A DNA stretch of 46,591 nt from assembly GCA_964504725.1 (NCBI GenBank), contig CAZDFI010000004.1, positions 1 through 46,591 of the forward strand, read 5' to 3'. This DNA comes from an uncultured Enterobacteriaceae bacterium. GTDB lineage: Bacteria; Pseudomonadota; Gammaproteobacteria; Eutrophobiales; Eutrophobiaceae. This document shows, piece by piece, positions 1 through 12,112 of this stretch. The notes under the pieces are model-generated. The model was given only the letters and a program-made list of their open reading frames with translations, did no database searches and had not been told where the DNA came from. The position numbers and the translations under genes were made by a program. Each line of letters opens with the position of its first letter. The stretch's first letter is position 1.

Positions 1-664
1 TCGCGAGGACATGGGTAAAGGTGCGAGCCGCCGCCTGCGTCGTGAGGGTAAAGTTCCCGGAGTTGTTTATGGGGGAGCGAAAGAGGCAGCTTCGATCATG
101 ATTAGTCACAATGAGATTTATCATCATCTTGAGAATGAAGCTTTTTATTCTCACATCCTGACGCTACAGCTAGGAAAGGCGAAGGAGAAAGTCGTACTCA
201 AAGACTTGCAACGCCATCCATACAAACCCACAGTACTTCACTTTGATTTACAACGTATTGATGAAAAAGAGAAGTTAACTATGCGTGTGCCATTGCATTT
301 TATTAATGAAAAAAAATGTATTGGTGTCAAGGAAAGTGGTGGTGTGGTTAGTCGCGTGATGAATGAACTGGAAGTTAGCTGTTTACCTAAAGACTTGCCC
401 GAATATATTGAAGTTGATTTGGCTGAGGTTAATATTGGTGAGGGGATCCACCTCTCTGATCTTATAATGCCTGAAGGTGTCGAAATTACTGCTTTGGCAC
501 ATGGTGGCGACGCAGCGCGAACGGTAGCAACTGTTCATATACCTAAGGTTATCGTAGAGGAAGAAGAAGAAGAAGAGGTTGTAGAAGGAGCTGAGGTTGG
601 TGTTGAGGCAGAGGAAGGGGCTGAGGAAGCAGCCACTGATGAAGGTGCTGATGCAGGCGAGTAA
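1..664 (+). CDS. rplY: 50S ribosomal protein L25 / general stress protein Ctc, 5' end cut by the window edge
   Basis: GKGASRRLRREGKVPGVVYG motif is typical of the L25/Ctc N-terminus. The frame is open back to base 2, so the listed ATG at 11 is probably internal. Long Glu-rich C-terminal tail. Confidence 0.9.
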   Translation, partial: REDMGKGASRRLRREGKVPGVVYGGAKEAASIMISHNEIYHHLENEAFYSHILTLQLGKAKEKVVLKDLQRHPYKPTVLHFDLQRIDEKEKLTMRVPLHFINEKKCIGVKESGGVVSRVMNELEVSCLPKDLPEYIEVDLAEVNIGEGIHLSDLIMPEGVEITALAHGGDAARTVATVHIPKVIVEEEEEEEVVEGAEVGVEAEEGAEEAATDEGADAGE

Positions 665-702
665 TTCCTTTATTCGGAATCACCTCGCTTCAAGGGCACA
701 TC

Positions 703-1296
703 GTGCCATCAGCATTTAAATTAATCGTTGGTCTGGGCAATCCAGGCCCTGAACATTCCGCAACCCGGCATAATGCCGGGTTCTGGTTTGTTGAGTCACT
801 TGCAGAAAAATATTCCCTTACGTTCAGATCTGAATCTAAATACAACGCTGAGATATGTCGAATACAAACAGCAGATATTGATTGCTGGCTTTGTAAGCCG
901 ATGACTTTTATGAACAGAAGTGGTTTTTCGGTTCAAGCGATGGCCGGCTTTTATAAAATACCTGTTGAAGAGATCCTGGTAGCACATGATGAACTGGATC
1001 TGGAAGCCGGAATTGCCCGCCTGAAAAAAGGTGGCGGTCACGCTGGTCATAATGGATTGCGAGACATCATTGCACAGATGGGTGATAAGACTTTCACACG
1101 GCTACGCCTGGGGATTGACCATCCCGGGAGTCAGGATAAAGTGACACCCTATGTATTGGGTAGACCATCTCAGGAAGATCGTCAGTTAATCGAAATCGCG
1201 ATCAAGGAGTCGGTGGATGTGATGCCTCTGGTGCTAGAGGGGGAGATGCAGAAGGCGACACATGCCTTGCATCAAAAAAATACCATTGACGAATAA
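703..1296 (+). CDS. pth: peptidyl-tRNA hydrolase
   Basis: LIVGLGNPG...TRHNAGF and GHNGLRD motifs. GTG start. Conserved rplY-pth-ychF order. Confidence 0.95.
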   Translation: MPSAFKLIVGLGNPGPEHSATRHNAGFWFVESLAEKYSLTFRSESKYNAEICRIQTADIDCWLCKPMTFMNRSGFSVQAMAGFYKIPVEEILVAHDELDLEAGIARLKKGGGHAGHNGLRDIIAQMGDKTFTRLRLGIDHPGSQDKVTPYVLGRPSQEDRQLIEIAIKESVDVMPLVLEGEMQKATHALHQKNTIDE

Positions 1297-1313
1297 TAAC
1301 GCAGAATAATTTT

Positions 1314-2405
1314 ATGGGTTTTAGATGTGGCATTGTTGGTCTACCAAATGTGGGCAAATCAACCTTATTCAATGCTTTGACGAACTCGGGCATTAATGCT
1401 GAAAACTATCCTTTTTGCACAATTGATCCGAATGTCGGTGTCGTGCCTGTGCCTGATCCTCGGCTGGATCGTCTGGCTGAGATCGTTTCTCCTCAGCGAG
1501 TTTTGCCGGCAACCATGGAGTTTGTTGATATTGCCGGATTGGTTGAAGGTGCCTCAAAAGGAGAAGGTCTGGGGAATAAATTTCTGGCGCATATTCGTGA
1601 AACACATGCGATTGCTCAAGTGGTGCGTTGTTTTGACGATGATAATATCGTCCATGTCTCAGGTAAGGTTGATCCACTCGCTGATATTGAAGTCATCAAT
1701 ACAGAGTTATGTTTAGCAGATATGGAAAGCCTTGATCGTGCTCTGCAGAAGGTACTCAAAATTGCCAAAAGTGGAGATAAAGTCGCACGCAGACAGCAGG
1801 GGTTGTTCGAAAAAGTCATTGCACATGTGGATGAGGGTAATCCGGTACGGTCTATGGAATTGAATGAGCAAGACATTGAAGATTTATATCCACTGCATTT
1901 ACTGACGCAAAAGCCTACGCTTTATATTGCGAATGTTGAAGATGAAGGCGCTATCAGTAATCCGTGGATAGAAAAACTTAAAACACTTGCAGCGGATGAA
2001 GGCGCGGAAGTGATTCCGGTGTGTGCCGCAATAGAATCCGAGATTGCCGAACTGGATGATGAATCAAAGCTGGAGTTTTTGCAGGAGATTGGACTTGAAG
2101 AGCCAGGGCTGAATCGCATTATTCGTGCGGGTTATGCATTGTTGAATCTACACACCTATTTTACAGCGGGGGAAAAGGAAGTTCGTGCCTGGACTCTACA
2201 TAGAAGCGACTCAGCCCCGCGTGCCGCAGCTGTCATTCATACTGATTTTGAAAATGGCTTTATACGTGCAGAAGTGATTGCTTATGATGATTTTATTCAG
2301 TATCAGGGCGAGCAGGGAGCGAAGGACGCAGGTAAATGGCGGCTGGAAGGCAAGGAATATATCGTGCAAGATGGTGACGTTATGCATTTCCGTTTCAACG
2401 TTTAA
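1314..2405 (+). CDS. ychF: ribosome-binding ATPase YchF (Obg-family)
   Basis: [19 protein letters not shown]-loop, 363 aa, C-terminal ...[11 protein letters not shown]. Confidence 0.95.
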   Translation: MGFRCGIVGLPNVGKSTLFNALTNSGINAENYPFCTIDPNVGVVPVPDPRLDRLAEIVSPQRVLPATMEFVDIAGLVEGASKGEGLGNKFLAHIRETHAIAQVVRCFDDDNIVHVSGKVDPLADIEVINTELCLADMESLDRALQKVLKIAKSGDKVARRQQGLFEKVIAHVDEGNPVRSMELNEQDIEDLYPLHLLTQKPTLYIANVEDEGAISNPWIEKLKTLAADEGAEVIPVCAAIESEIAELDDESKLEFLQEIGLEEPGLNRIIRAGYALLNLHTYFTAGEKEVRAWTLHRSDSAPRAAAVIHTDFENGFIRAEVIAYDDFIQYQGEQGAKDAGKWRLEGKEYIVQDGDVMHFRFNV

Positions 2406-2610
2406 AAGCTGAAGTTGGTAAAATACTTCGTTATCTATCGGCTCAAAACCCCCATTTTCTATTAGTAAATTCCGCTTTTGACCAATTTCTACCTTGTCTT
2501 TCACTCACCTTTAACTTTTAATGTTTCTTCTGGAGTGCAGCGCTATTTATTGATAATACTGTATCTCGTTCCGAAGCAATTATTTGAGTTTTAGGTTGAT
2601 AACAAAGAAA

Positions 2611-3249
2611 ATGAATTCTTCAAAAATACGCAAGCAAATTATTGAAACAGCTATCGCGTTTAACACGTCTGGTCTGAGTGTTGGGACTTCGGGAAATCTC
2701 AGTGCGCGAATATCCCAAGGTTATCTGATCACCCCAACGGGGATCCCTTATACCCGGCTTAAGGAAGCAGACATCGTTGAAATGGATCTGCAAGGCAATG
2801 TGGTACATAGTGATCTGAAACCATCCAGCGAATGGCATTTCCATCAGGATATCTATCTTGCTCGTGAGGAAGTTAGTGCGATTGTCCATGTGCATTCCGA
2901 TTATGCAACAGGGATAGCTTGCACACGACAGGACATTCCTGCGTTCCATTATATGGTGGCAAAAGCGGGAGGAGATTCAATCCATTGCGCGGAATACGCA
3001 ACTTTTGGCACGGATGCACTGTCACAAAATGCAGTCAAGGCACTCCAGGGAAGGAATGCATGTTTGCTGGCAAACCATGGCATGATTGCACTTGGCGAGA
3101 GTATTGATTCAGCTTATAAACTCGCCGAAGAAATTGAGAACATCGCCAAACAATACTATATCAGTAAGCAGCTTGGAGAAGTTGTATTGCTGGATGGTGA
3201 CGAGATGAAAATAAATCTAGAGAAATTTAAAACATACGGCAAGCAATAG
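2611..3249 (+). CDS. class II aldolase/adducin-family protein (FucA / methylthioribulose-1-P dehydratase-like)
   Basis: GTSGNLSAR, PSSEWHFH and VHVHS metal-ligand-type motifs. The ORF opens at TTG 2584, but ATG 2611 (MNSSKIRKQ) is the more plausible start. Confidence 0.8.
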   Translation: MNSSKIRKQIIETAIAFNTSGLSVGTSGNLSARISQGYLITPTGIPYTRLKEADIVEMDLQGNVVHSDLKPSSEWHFHQDIYLAREEVSAIVHVHSDYATGIACTRQDIPAFHYMVAKAGGDSIHCAEYATFGTDALSQNAVKALQGRNACLLANHGMIALGESIDSAYKLAEEIENIAKQYYISKQLGEVVLLDGDEMKINLEKFKTYGKQ

Positions 3250-3362
3250 AGGGCAGAAGGATGAATAGCAACCCCCTGATTTTGTTAATCGACAATTAAT
3301 TCAATCAGCCATACTTTATTGATTCCCTGAATTAATTCCTGCGTAATATAGTCTTTCAGCCA

Positions 3363-4307
3363 TTATTTGATTTTGTAAGCTAACAACTTGTCGTTTTTCA
3401 TCATGGGTATCAGTATTAAGTTATGTTCAAGAATCACTTCATGATCAGCCATGCCTTGTTCCAGTTCCAGCAAAAGTGTCGCTTCGCCATTGGAATTGAT
3501 TTGGAATAATTTCCCTGTCATCCAGTCAGTGACGTAATAGCCATCTTTACCATCACTCTCCACACCATCCAGATTGCCGATGGGGGAACCACCAAGGCTG
3601 GTAATGGATTTATCTTTAAGAGAAATAGATTTTAAATGGCCAGGGATTTCTGTGGCAAAACCATCGGTCATCACACCCCATGCACCGAGAATCAGGTTAT
3701 TATCTTCTGTATGTAGACCGTTAGGGTTCTCAAGTTCAGGGCTTTCAAGCCATATGTTGAATTCATCATTGTCTAAACGATGAATACGATTAAGCAACAT
3801 ATCAGAGACGAAGATTTCACCCTCTTTATTTGCAGCAACATCATTAAGAAATTTTGCATCATCCACTTTATATGTATTGATGATAGTGCCAGATAGAATA
3901 TTTATCGTAAGCAATGTATCTATATCGGAGACATAAAGGGTGTTGTTATAAATCGCAAGTCCTTTCGGTGCATTTAAACCAATGATCCACTTTCTGCTTA
4001 GCATTGTGCCATCAAGTAAGACCTTCGAGATATAACCATTGCCATCTTTTTCGACGGGTGAACCATTAACATTGGAAACAAATAAGGTATCGCTTGGTTC
4101 ATGATAAATTACTGATTCGGGATTATTAAAGCCTGTCGTTTCCCAGGCCAGTTCAAGTTCAGCCCCAATCTTTTGAGACTTATCACTAGCTACTTTTTCA
4201 GATGACGCAGTGTCATTTGTAGCGTCCTGTGGTGGTTGAGCTTCTTCTGAACAAGCACTAAGGACAAAGGCGGTGAGTATCAATAAGGTATAACTAAGTT
4301 TTGTCAT
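3363..4307 (-). CDS. lipoprotein with probable beta-propeller fold (SMP-30/gluconolactonase/strictosidine-synthase-like)
   Basis: Signal peptide with lipobox LSAC. Repeated hydrophobic-strand/Gly-Asp patterns (LFVSNVNG, LYVSDIDT, IFVSDM, YYVTDW). The product call is tentative. Confidence 0.65.
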   Translation of the reverse strand: MTKLSYTLLILTAFVLSACSEEAQPPQDATNDTASSEKVASDKSQKIGAELELAWETTGFNNPESVIYHEPSDTLFVSNVNGSPVEKDGNGYISKVLLDGTMLSRKWIIGLNAPKGLAIYNNTLYVSDIDTLLTINILSGTIINTYKVDDAKFLNDVAANKEGEIFVSDMLLNRIHRLDNDEFNIWLESPELENPNGLHTEDNNLILGAWGVMTDGFATEIPGHLKSISLKDKSITSLGGSPIGNLDGVESDGKDGYYVTDWMTGKLFQINSNGEATLLLELEQGMADHEVILEHNLILIPMMKNDKLLAYKIK

Positions 4308-4353
4308 GATTTTTCTCAGATGGAATATATAAGGTGGAACTAATAGTTAATAA

Positions 4354-5157
4354 CTATAGGTTAAATAACTCTTGGAGTTTTTTACCCGGATCTTCTGCAC
4401 TCATAAAAGCTTCGCCAACAAGGAAACCATTAACACCATGTTTACGCATCGTTTTAACTTGTTCTATGCTATGAATACCACTTTCAGTAATCACTGTACG
4501 ATCATGAAAAACATCAGGTAATAAACCGATAGTCGTTTCAATATCGGTTTCAAATGTATGTAAGTTGCGATTGTTAATGCCGATTAGCGGTGTGCGTAAC
4601 ATTAAGCCACGCTCAAGCTCTTCACGATTATGTACTTCGACAAGGATATCCAGCCCAATTTCCTGTGCGGTGCCAACCAACTCCTGCATTTGCATATCGG
4701 ACAAGGCAGAGACGATGATGAGAATACAATCGGCACCTAAAACTCTGGACTCATAAATCTGGTACGGATCAATCATGAAGTCTTTTCGCAATACCGGCAA
4801 TGTACAGGCTGCTCGTGCACTTTGCATATACGCATCTGAGCCTTGAAAAAAATCCACATCAGTCAGAACTGAAAGGCAACTTGCACCTGCATCCTCATAA
4901 GACCGGGCAATAAATTCAGGATCAAAATTTTCACAAATAACCCCCTTGCTCGGAGAAGCTTTTTTAATTTCCGCAATGACAGCGGTTTTGCCTGCACTAA
5001 CAGCCTTCTCGATTGCAACGCTGAAACCACGAGTCGGGGGACAATCATCGGCTCTGTGTTTTAATTCCTGTTGCGGCATTTTTGGTTTACGTTCGCTGAT
5101 TTCTTCAGACTTACGTGCCAGAATTTTCTGTAGAATATCAGGGGTGTTTTGTGCCAT
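4354..5157 (-). CDS. trpC: indole-3-glycerol phosphate synthase
   Basis: [12 protein letters not shown] and LPVLRKDF motifs. Sits in a trpE-G-D-C run. Confidence 0.95.
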   Translation of the reverse strand: MAQNTPDILQKILARKSEEISERKPKMPQQELKHRADDCPPTRGFSVAIEKAVSAGKTAVIAEIKKASPSKGVICENFDPEFIARSYEDAGASCLSVLTDVDFFQGSDAYMQSARAACTLPVLRKDFMIDPYQIYESRVLGADCILIIVSALSDMQMQELVGTAQEIGLDILVEVHNREELERGLMLRTPLIGINNRNLHTFETDIETTIGLLPDVFHDRTVITESGIHSIEQVKTMRKHGVNGFLVGEAFMSAEDPGKKLQELFNL

Positions 5158-5185
5158 GGTTTAAATGTTTTGAGAAAGATTGAGC

Positions 5186-6202
5186 CTAAAATGATTGTGT
5201 GAGCTTTGCCAGTTCATCAAGTTTGGATCTGGCCGAACCGTTTTCAATAACATGTTTTGCAGACTCAATACCTGCTGCCAACGAGTCTTCGATGCCAGCG
5301 GTATAAATCGCAGCACCCGCATTTAACAAAACGATATCCAGAGTTGGGCCACTCTGATTGTCCAGTACGGCATACATCACCTGTAGACTCTCATCGACAC
5401 TTTCGACAGCCAGTGTGCTGATATCGGCTCGTTGTAGTTTGAACTGTTCCGGCTCTATTTTATAAGTATTGATTTCGCCATTTTTCAACTCGGCAATGTT
5501 GGTAGGCGCCGAAATACTGATTTCATCCATGCCGTCATGGGAATGTACAATCATCACTTGTTCGCTACCGAGATTTTTCAGAACATTTGCTAATGTCTCC
5601 AGCCAGTCATGATTAAACACACCCATCACCTGACGTTTTGCCCCGGCGGGGTTGGTTAAAGGTCCCAGAACATTAAATAAAGTACGTACACCAAGTTCAC
5701 GACGTGGACCGATTGCGTATTTCATCGCACTATGATGCATAGGCGCAAACATAAAGCCTATGCCAAGTTTTTCGACGCACTGCGCAACTTGTTCGGGTGT
5801 AAGATCAAATTTTACACCTGCAGCTTCCAGCACATCTGCACTGCCTGATTTGCTTGAGACAGAGCGATTACCATGTTTTGCAACATTTCCACCAGCCGCC
5901 GCAACCACAAAGGCTGCTGTTGTGGAAATATTAAATGTGCTGGATCCATCTCCACCGGTTCCACAAGTATCAATCAGATTTTCCCGATTGATGTGAACGC
6001 GACTGGCGAGTTGTCGCATGATTTGTGCGGCAGCAGTGATTTCTTCAATCGTCTCGCCTTTACTTCTTAGCCCGACCAGAAAACCTGCAATTTGAGCATC
6101 TGTGCATTCTCCAGTCATGATGTTTTGCATGACACTGCGCATCTCATCATTGTTGAGATGTTTTTTATCGATGACGGATTGTATTGCGTTTTGGATGTCC
6201 AT
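5186..6202 (-). CDS. trpD: anthranilate phosphoribosyltransferase
   Basis: CGTGGDG, NISTTAAFV and KHGNRSVSSKSGSADVLEA motifs. Confidence 0.95.
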   Translation of the reverse strand: MDIQNAIQSVIDKKHLNNDEMRSVMQNIMTGECTDAQIAGFLVGLRSKGETIEEITAAAQIMRQLASRVHINRENLIDTCGTGGDGSSTFNISTTAAFVVAAAGGNVAKHGNRSVSSKSGSADVLEAAGVKFDLTPEQVAQCVEKLGIGFMFAPMHHSAMKYAIGPRRELGVRTLFNVLGPLTNPAGAKRQVMGVFNHDWLETLANVLKNLGSEQVMIVHSHDGMDEISISAPTNIAELKNGEINTYKIEPEQFKLQRADISTLAVESVDESLQVMYAVLDNQSGPTLDIVLLNAGAAIYTAGIEDSLAAGIESAKHVIENGSARSKLDELAKLTQSF

Positions 6203-6230
6203 TAATTAACCGTTCTAATTAGTATTGGTG

Positions 6231-6812
6231 CTACGCAATTTTCAGAAAATTATTCAAGAGCTCATGTCCATAGGAAGTCAAAATGGATTCCGGATGAAAT
6301 TGTACGCCTGATATGGCATATTCTTTGTGCCTTACGCCCATGATTTCGTCCACTTCACCTTGCTCTGTTTGTGTCCATGCAGTGACTTCAAAACAATCAG
6401 GTAAGGTTTCCTGTTCAACGACCAGTGAGTGATAACGTGTCGCGGTGAATGGATTATCAAGACCGGCAAACACATCATGATTATTATGGTGAACTTCAGA
6501 AGTTTTACCGTGCATGATTTCCTTTGCATGTACAATTCTTCCGCCAAAGGCCTGGCCGATACTCTGGTGACCAAGACAAACACCCAGTAACGGCAGTTTA
6601 CCTTTGAAGTGTTCTACTAACTCGAGTGAGATACCTGCTTCGTTAGGTGTGCACGGACCTGGTGAAATAACGATTCGTTCAGGTGACAGTGCTTCAATCT
6701 CAGGAATGCTTATTTTGTCATTGCGATAGATGAGTATTTCTTCGCCCAGCTCACCAAAGTATTGAACCAGGTTGTAGGTAAAAGAATCGTAGTTGTCTAT
6801 CATCAATAACAT
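6231..6812 (-). CDS. trpG: anthranilate synthase component II (glutamine amidotransferase, TrpG/PabA type)
   Basis: [22 protein letters not shown] catalytic Cys, FHPES. Confidence 0.9.
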   Translation of the reverse strand: MLLMIDNYDSFTYNLVQYFGELGEEILIYRNDKISIPEIEALSPERIVISPGPCTPNEAGISLELVEHFKGKLPLLGVCLGHQSIGQAFGGRIVHAKEIMHGKTSEVHHNNHDVFAGLDNPFTATRYHSLVVEQETLPDCFEVTAWTQTEQGEVDEIMGVRHKEYAISGVQFHPESILTSYGHELLNNFLKIA

Positions 6813-6829
6813 AATTAATAGCGGTATCC

Positions 6830-8302
6830 TTAATTTAAACCTTTTTCAGCCATGGTAACGGCCCTGAAAATGGCACGGCCTTTATTCATTGTTTCCTTCC
6901 ATTCATTCTCAGGCACGGAATCTGCCACGATGCCTGCGCCCGCCTGAATGTGCAAGGTATCACCTTTAATTACTGCCGTGCGGATGGCAATGGCTGTGTC
7001 CATATTACCATTCCATGAAAGGTAGCCCACGGCACCGGCATAAACGCCACGTTTAACAGGCTCCAATTCGTCAATGATTTCCATTGCCCTTATTTTAGGT
7101 GCTCCTGAGACAGTTCCAGCCGGGAAAGTCGCCCTGAAAACATCAATGGCAGTTTGTCCGCTTTTGAGTGTACCAACCACATTGGAAACGATATGCATCA
7201 CATGGGAATAACGTTCAACGATCATTTTATCTGTGACCTTGACGCTGCCCATCTCAGCGACACGACCCGTGTCGTTACGACCCAGATCGATCAACATTAA
7301 ATGTTCCGCCAGTTCCTTTGGATCAGCCAGTAACTCTTCTTCCAGTGCCAGGTCTTCTTCTGCATCAGCCCCTCGAGGACGGGTGCCTGCGATCGGTCGA
7401 ACCGTGATTTCATTATCTTCCAGGCGTACCAGTATTTCCGGTGAAGAACCGACAATATGAAAATCCTTTAAATTCAGGTAAAACATATAAGGTGATGGAT
7501 TTAAACAACGTAAGGCACGATAGAGGTCTATCGGTGGCGCGTTAAATGGAATCGACAGGCGTTGCGAAAGTACAACCTGCATGGCATCTCCTTCAACAAT
7601 GTAATCTTTTATTCGATCAACACCCTGTTGAAATTTTTCTTGCGTGAACCCGGAGATAAAATCTTTCTCCTCAACGTTTCTTGTATTTCCATTAGGCGTA
7701 TCATTTATGGCTACAGTTAGTTTTTTGGCAAGTTCATCAAGCTGTTGTTGGGCTTTTTCATAGGCATCGCTCTGTTCCGGGTTTGCATGGACAATAAGGT
7801 AAAGTTTGCCGCTCAGATTATCGAACACGATCAGTTGTTCTGAAACCATTAGCAAAATATCCGGACAATTGAGTGGATCGTCCTTATCAGAAATATCCAG
7901 ACGCGTTTCAATATAGCGGACGCAGTCATAAGCAAAGTAACCTACCATGCCACCGGAAAATCTTGGCATTCCAACTATCTCAGGAACACGGAATTCCTGT
8001 TGATATTGTTCCACTGCTTGCAACGGATCCTCGACTGTTTCCTCCCTGATAATTTTTCCATTTTCTTCGATGGTTAGTTGATGACCGGAAACACGGAGAA
8101 TCGTGCTGGAACCCAGACCAATAATGGAATAACGACCCCATTTTTCTCCGCCATGTACCGATTCAAGCAAGTAGGTGTAGGGTTCGTCAGCCAGTTTTTT
8201 GTAGGCACTCAGCGGTGTGTCCATATCTGCGAGTACTTCTCGCATCAGTGGAATTCGGTTGTAATTGCCTTCGGCAAGTTGTTTGTATTGTTCCGGTGTC
8301 AT
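6830..8302 (-). CDS. trpE: anthranilate synthase component I
   Basis: LLESV, GAVGYLS and chorismate-binding C-terminal motifs, 490 aa. Confidence 0.95.
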   Translation of the reverse strand: MTPEQYKQLAEGNYNRIPLMREVLADMDTPLSAYKKLADEPYTYLLESVHGGEKWGRYSIIGLGSSTILRVSGHQLTIEENGKIIREETVEDPLQAVEQYQQEFRVPEIVGMPRFSGGMVGYFAYDCVRYIETRLDISDKDDPLNCPDILLMVSEQLIVFDNLSGKLYLIVHANPEQSDAYEKAQQQLDELAKKLTVAINDTPNGNTRNVEEKDFISGFTQEKFQQGVDRIKDYIVEGDAMQVVLSQRLSIPFNAPPIDLYRALRCLNPSPYMFYLNLKDFHIVGSSPEILVRLEDNEITVRPIAGTRPRGADAEEDLALEEELLADPKELAEHLMLIDLGRNDTGRVAEMGSVKVTDKMIVERYSHVMHIVSNVVGTLKSGQTAIDVFRATFPAGTVSGAPKIRAMEIIDELEPVKRGVYAGAVGYLSWNGNMDTAIAIRTAVIKGDTLHIQAGAGIVADSVPENEWKETMNKGRAIFRAVTMAEKGLN

Positions 8303-8998
8303 CTAAGCTGCTACCTGAAAGACGTCTGGAAACGCCGCCAACGAGTCAACGACAAGATCCGGGTTGTTAAGGCGAATGTCCTGACCCAGATTATACCCAT
8401 AGCTGACACATAAAACCTGAAATCCAGCAGCACGTGCGGCACTGACATCATTGATTGAATCACCCACCATTAAAGCTTGCGAGGCACTGACGCCAAAAAA
8501 TTTAGCGGCATGCAGTAGTGGCAGGGGATCAGGTTTTTTCTTTGGCAATGTGTCTCCACTAATGACGATGCCAAATGCATTTTGAATACCCAGGGTTTCA
8601 AGTATTGTCTGTGTGAACTGGCTGTGTTTGTTAGTGACACAGGCGAGTTTGAATTGATTGCTTATCAGATAATCCAGGCCTTCTTTTACACCATCGTATA
8701 AGCGACTATGTTTACAGGCATTTTGCTTATATTCGCTGATGAATAAGGGTAAGGCTTTAGCAAAAAGTGATGCTAATGGTTCTTTATCGAAATCATTCGG
8801 CACAAAATTATTACTTAGGGCACGTTTCACCAGTCGTTCAATGCCATTGCCGACCCATTCTCTGGTTTTCATTTCCCCGGCTTCAGGCATCCCCAGATTT
8901 TGCAGCATGCTGTCCAGACAATAAGCAAGATCGGGAACGGTATCGACCAATGTTCCATCCAAATCCAGCACGACCATTTCAGGTTGATTTAAAAACAT
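8303..8998 (-). CDS. gph: phosphoglycolate phosphatase (HAD superfamily)
   Basis: VVLDLDGTLVDT HAD motif I and GDSINDV motif. Conserved rpe-gph-trpE context. The stop abuts the trpE start. Confidence 0.85.
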   Translation of the reverse strand: MFLNQPEMVVLDLDGTLVDTVPDLAYCLDSMLQNLGMPEAGEMKTREWVGNGIERLVKRALSNNFVPNDFDKEPLASLFAKALPLFISEYKQNACKHSRLYDGVKEGLDYLISNQFKLACVTNKHSQFTQTILETLGIQNAFGIVISGDTLPKKKPDPLPLLHAAKFFGVSASQALMVGDSINDVSAARAAGFQVLCVSYGYNLGQDIRLNNPDLVVDSLAAFPDVFQVAA

Positions 8999-9013
8999 GG
9001 GATAGGGGACAGC

Positions 9014-9688
9014 TCAGGCTTGCGAAGTGGCCAGCTCAGTACGCATGGCATTAATGGTTGCCTGATAATCGTCACTGCCAAAGATGGCAGAGCCTGCGAC
9101 GAAGGTATCAGCTCCGGCTTCAGCAATCTCACGAATATTATCTACCTTAACGCCACCATCTATTTCGAGACGAATATCGTAATCACTGTCATCGATGATT
9201 TGACGCGCCTGTTTCAGTTTATCCAGGACCGACGGAATAAATGATTGTCCACCAAACCCAGGGTTAACGGACATGAGAAGCACCATATCAACCTTGTCAA
9301 TCACGTTGCTTAGAATATCCAGTGGTGTCGCCGGGTTAAATACGAGGCCAGACTTACAGCCATTGTCGTGGATCAGTTGCAAGCTTCTGTCCACGTGTTC
9401 GCTGGCTTCCGGGTGGAATGTGATATAGTTGGCACCAGATTTGGCAAAATCAGGGATGATTCGGTCAACCGGTTTGATCATCAAGTGCACATCAAGTGGT
9501 GCCTCAATGCCGTAATCACGCAAAGCTTCTACAATCACCGGGCCGAAAGTCAGGTTTGGAACATAGTGATTATCCATCACATCAACATGGACAAAATCTG
9601 CGCCTGCCGCCAGAACCTTGGCTGTGTCATCGCCCAGGCGGGCCATATCTGCCGACAATATTGAGGGTGCAATGATGAAATCAGTCAT
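9014..9688 (-). CDS. rpe: ribulose-phosphate 3-epimerase
   Basis: [21 protein letters not shown] and [10 protein letters not shown] motifs. Confidence 0.95.
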   Translation of the reverse strand: MTDFIIAPSILSADMARLGDDTAKVLAAGADFVHVDVMDNHYVPNLTFGPVIVEALRDYGIEAPLDVHLMIKPVDRIIPDFAKSGANYITFHPEASEHVDRSLQLIHDNGCKSGLVFNPATPLDILSNVIDKVDMVLLMSVNPGFGGQSFIPSVLDKLKQARQIIDDSDYDIRLEIDGGVKVDNIREIAEAGADTFVAGSAIFGSDDYQATINAMRTELATSQA

Positions 9689-9815
9689 AATTAGTTACAT
9701 CTGTTGTAGTACAGGCTTTTAAAGGCCGCAACTCTACCCGATCATGCCAATGATAGCCACTGGAGCCAAGCGCTCAGGCCAGGAATTCAGGGTACGAATC
9801 CATTAGACTAAGGGC

Positions 9816-10682
9816 ATGATACGGGCCGATCTTTTTATCGTCATTTTTCTGCTGGGTTTCATGTTCAATGGTCAAGTTGCAGCGAAGGACATTCAGCAAC
9901 TGAACCGGGAGCAGGAAATTGCACAAAAATTAGTACGGATCGCAGATGCTGACGAAATTGTCAGCTTAAAGGCATCAGGGACTCGGTTTATTGGATTATA
10001 TAAAAGCGCCAGAGACGACGCAGTAAACGAAACGAGTGGTGTTGTGATCCTGGTGCATGGCATGGGCGCACATCCAGACTGGCCAGATGTGATTTCGCCA
10101 CTGCGAACGCGACTAACAAAATCTGGCTGGTCAACACTTTCAATACAGATGCCAATCCTGTCACCGGAAGAGTCCGTTGCCGAATATGGTAAGACGCTGA
10201 AAACTGCAAATCGTCGGATACAAGCTGCGGTTGATTATCTGCATGCCTGGGAGATGGATCCAATTATTCTACTGGGTTACAGCTTTGGGGCGGCACAGTC
10301 AGCAAGTTATCTGGCAAGCGACCAGCCTGAAAATGTCGCGGCCTTCGTGTCTGTGAGTGTGTTGTCTCAAAAGTTTATCAAACCGAAACTGGATGTATTT
10401 AAATCGATTGGTGGGATAAATATTCCCATACTTGATATATATGGTGAAGAAGATTTAGCAGATGTCAGGCGCGGGATTGACGACCGTCGTCTGGCAGCAA
10501 GTAAAAACGGCCATAATTCATTTCAACAGATAGAATTGCAGCAGGCAGGACATAATTATTTAGGCGCCGAAAAGGCGTTGGCAGAGCAAATTCAACAGTG
10601 GTTGCAACAAATTACTGAAGTCATTGGCGAATCCAGTGAAATTCCTGAAATTTCGACTGAAATTTCTAATGAAAAACAATAG
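9816..10682 (+). CDS. secreted alpha/beta-hydrolase-fold protein (DUF3530-like)
   Basis: N-terminal signal peptide, VILVHGMG...PDWP, GYSFGA nucleophile-elbow-like motif. The family assignment is from memory only. Confidence 0.6.
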   Translation: MIRADLFIVIFLLGFMFNGQVAAKDIQQLNREQEIAQKLVRIADADEIVSLKASGTRFIGLYKSARDDAVNETSGVVILVHGMGAHPDWPDVISPLRTRLTKSGWSTLSIQMPILSPEESVAEYGKTLKTANRRIQAAVDYLHAWEMDPIILLGYSFGAAQSASYLASDQPENVAAFVSVSVLSQKFIKPKLDVFKSIGGINIPILDIYGEEDLADVRRGIDDRRLAASKNGHNSFQQIELQQAGHNYLGAEKALAEQIQQWLQQITEVIGESSEIPEISTEISNEKQ

Positions 10683-10741
10683 ACTGATGGACAAGATAGA
10701 TTGGTAATAAGCTGCTCTGACAGTAGAGGGGGGGAGGGGCA

Positions 10742-11110
10742 ATGAATCAGGAAGTTGATACCGTTCACGTTCCGGATAAAGAAGAACGTACCTGGGGGAT
10801 GTTTTGTCACTTGGTAGTTTTTTTAGGTTTAATTATCCCATTCGCAAGTATTATTGGCCCGCTTGTCATCTGGATGATTAAAAGAGACGAGATGCCTTTT
10901 GTTGAGGATCAGGGAAAAGAATCCCTGAATTTTCAGATCACCATGATGCTTGCAACGATTGTGTCAGCACTGTTGATGTTTGTGCTCATTGGCTTTGTAC
11001 TCATTTTCGTCGTAATAATCTTTCAATTCATTGTTGTCATCATAGCCTCAATCAAGGCAAATGAAGGGGTATGTTATCGATATCCTCTTAGTATCAGATT
11101 TATTAAATAA
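10742..11110 (+). CDS. small integral membrane protein (DUF4870-like)
   Basis: EERTWGMFCHL... followed by 3 hydrophobic helices and ESLNFQIT, typical of DUF4870 proteins. Confidence 0.6.
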   Translation: MNQEVDTVHVPDKEERTWGMFCHLVVFLGLIIPFASIIGPLVIWMIKRDEMPFVEDQGKESLNFQITMMLATIVSALLMFVLIGFVLIFVVIIFQFIVVIIASIKANEGVCYRYPLSIRFIK

Positions 11111-11147
11111 TAAAATTATTAATACGGGTAATTGAAGGAGAAACATT

Positions 11148-12107
11148 ATGGATGGAGGAACAATTTTTACTTTTATCTTTCTGGGACTGATATTTATCGG
11201 CTTTTTCAAAGCGGTCAATACAGTTAACCAGGGTTACGAATACACAGTAGAGCGTTTCGGAGAATATCGAAGAACACTACGCCCGGGACTGCACTTTATT
11301 GTGCCTTATTTCGATGCAATCGGTGCCAGGATGAACATGATGGAATCCGTGATGGAGGTACCATCCCAGGAAGTGATCACCAAAGATAATGCCATGGTCA
11401 GAGTAGATGGCGTGGTCTTCTTCCAGGTACTGAATGCGGCGAAGGCGGCTTATGAAGTGAATGATTTGACCAGAGCGATAATGAATCTGACCACGACCAA
11501 TATTCGTACAGTGATGGGTTCGATGGATCTGGATGAGTTGTTATCAAAAAGAGATACCATCAACGCACAATTACTCTCTGTTGTCGATGAAGCCACAGGA
11601 CCCTGGGGTGTGAAAGTCACGCGTATTGAGATCAAGGATATTACACCACCGCAAGACTTGGTCGAATCCATGGCCAGACAAATGAAGGCAGAGCGAGACA
11701 AACGCGCGAACATTCTTGAGGCAGAAGGTTTCAAACAAGCTGAAATTCTCAAAGCAGATGGTGAAAAGAGAGCAGCCATCCTTGAAGCAGAAGGTCGTAA
11801 GGAATCAGCCTATCGTGATGCGGAAGCCAGGGAGAGACAGGCAGCAGCAGAAGCCAAGGCAACCACCGATGTTTCCAATGCCATCGCCTCTGGTAATATT
11901 CAGGCGATCAATTACTTCGTTGCAAATAAATATATTGAGGCACTGAAAGATATCGCTGCTGCGCCAAATCAAAAAGTGATCTTGATGCCACTGGAAGCCA
12001 GCAATGTGATCGGTGCGCTTGCAGGTATTACCGAGATTGCCAGGGAAACATTTGGACAGGAATCATCTTCCAGGGCGACAAATGATGATGGCTCTAATAG
12101 AGGGTAG
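11148..12107 (+). CDS. SPFH/band-7 (stomatin/prohibitin-like) membrane protein
   Basis: N-terminal TM, SPFH core, and Ala/Glu-rich EAEG(F/R)K repeat coiled coil. Followed by NfeD. Confidence 0.9.
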   Translation: MDGGTIFTFIFLGLIFIGFFKAVNTVNQGYEYTVERFGEYRRTLRPGLHFIVPYFDAIGARMNMMESVMEVPSQEVITKDNAMVRVDGVVFFQVLNAAKAAYEVNDLTRAIMNLTTTNIRTVMGSMDLDELLSKRDTINAQLLSVVDEATGPWGVKVTRIEIKDITPPQDLVESMARQMKAERDKRANILEAEGFKQAEILKADGEKRAAILEAEGRKESAYRDAEARERQAAAEAKATTDVSNAIASGNIQAINYFVANKYIEALKDIAAAPNQKVILMPLEASNVIGALAGITEIARETFGQESSSRATNDDGSNRG

Positions 12108-12112
12108 TTCAG

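Noticed and set aside
541-660. GAA/GAG-rich simple repeat
   Set aside because: It is in frame and encodes the acidic C-terminal tail of L25/Ctc. It is compositional, not a microsatellite or a regulatory repeat.
2584-2610. TTG-initiated 9-codon N-terminal extension of the class II aldolase ORF
   Set aside because: The family's conserved N-terminus aligns better with the ATG at 2611. The extension (MSFRLITKK) has no support.
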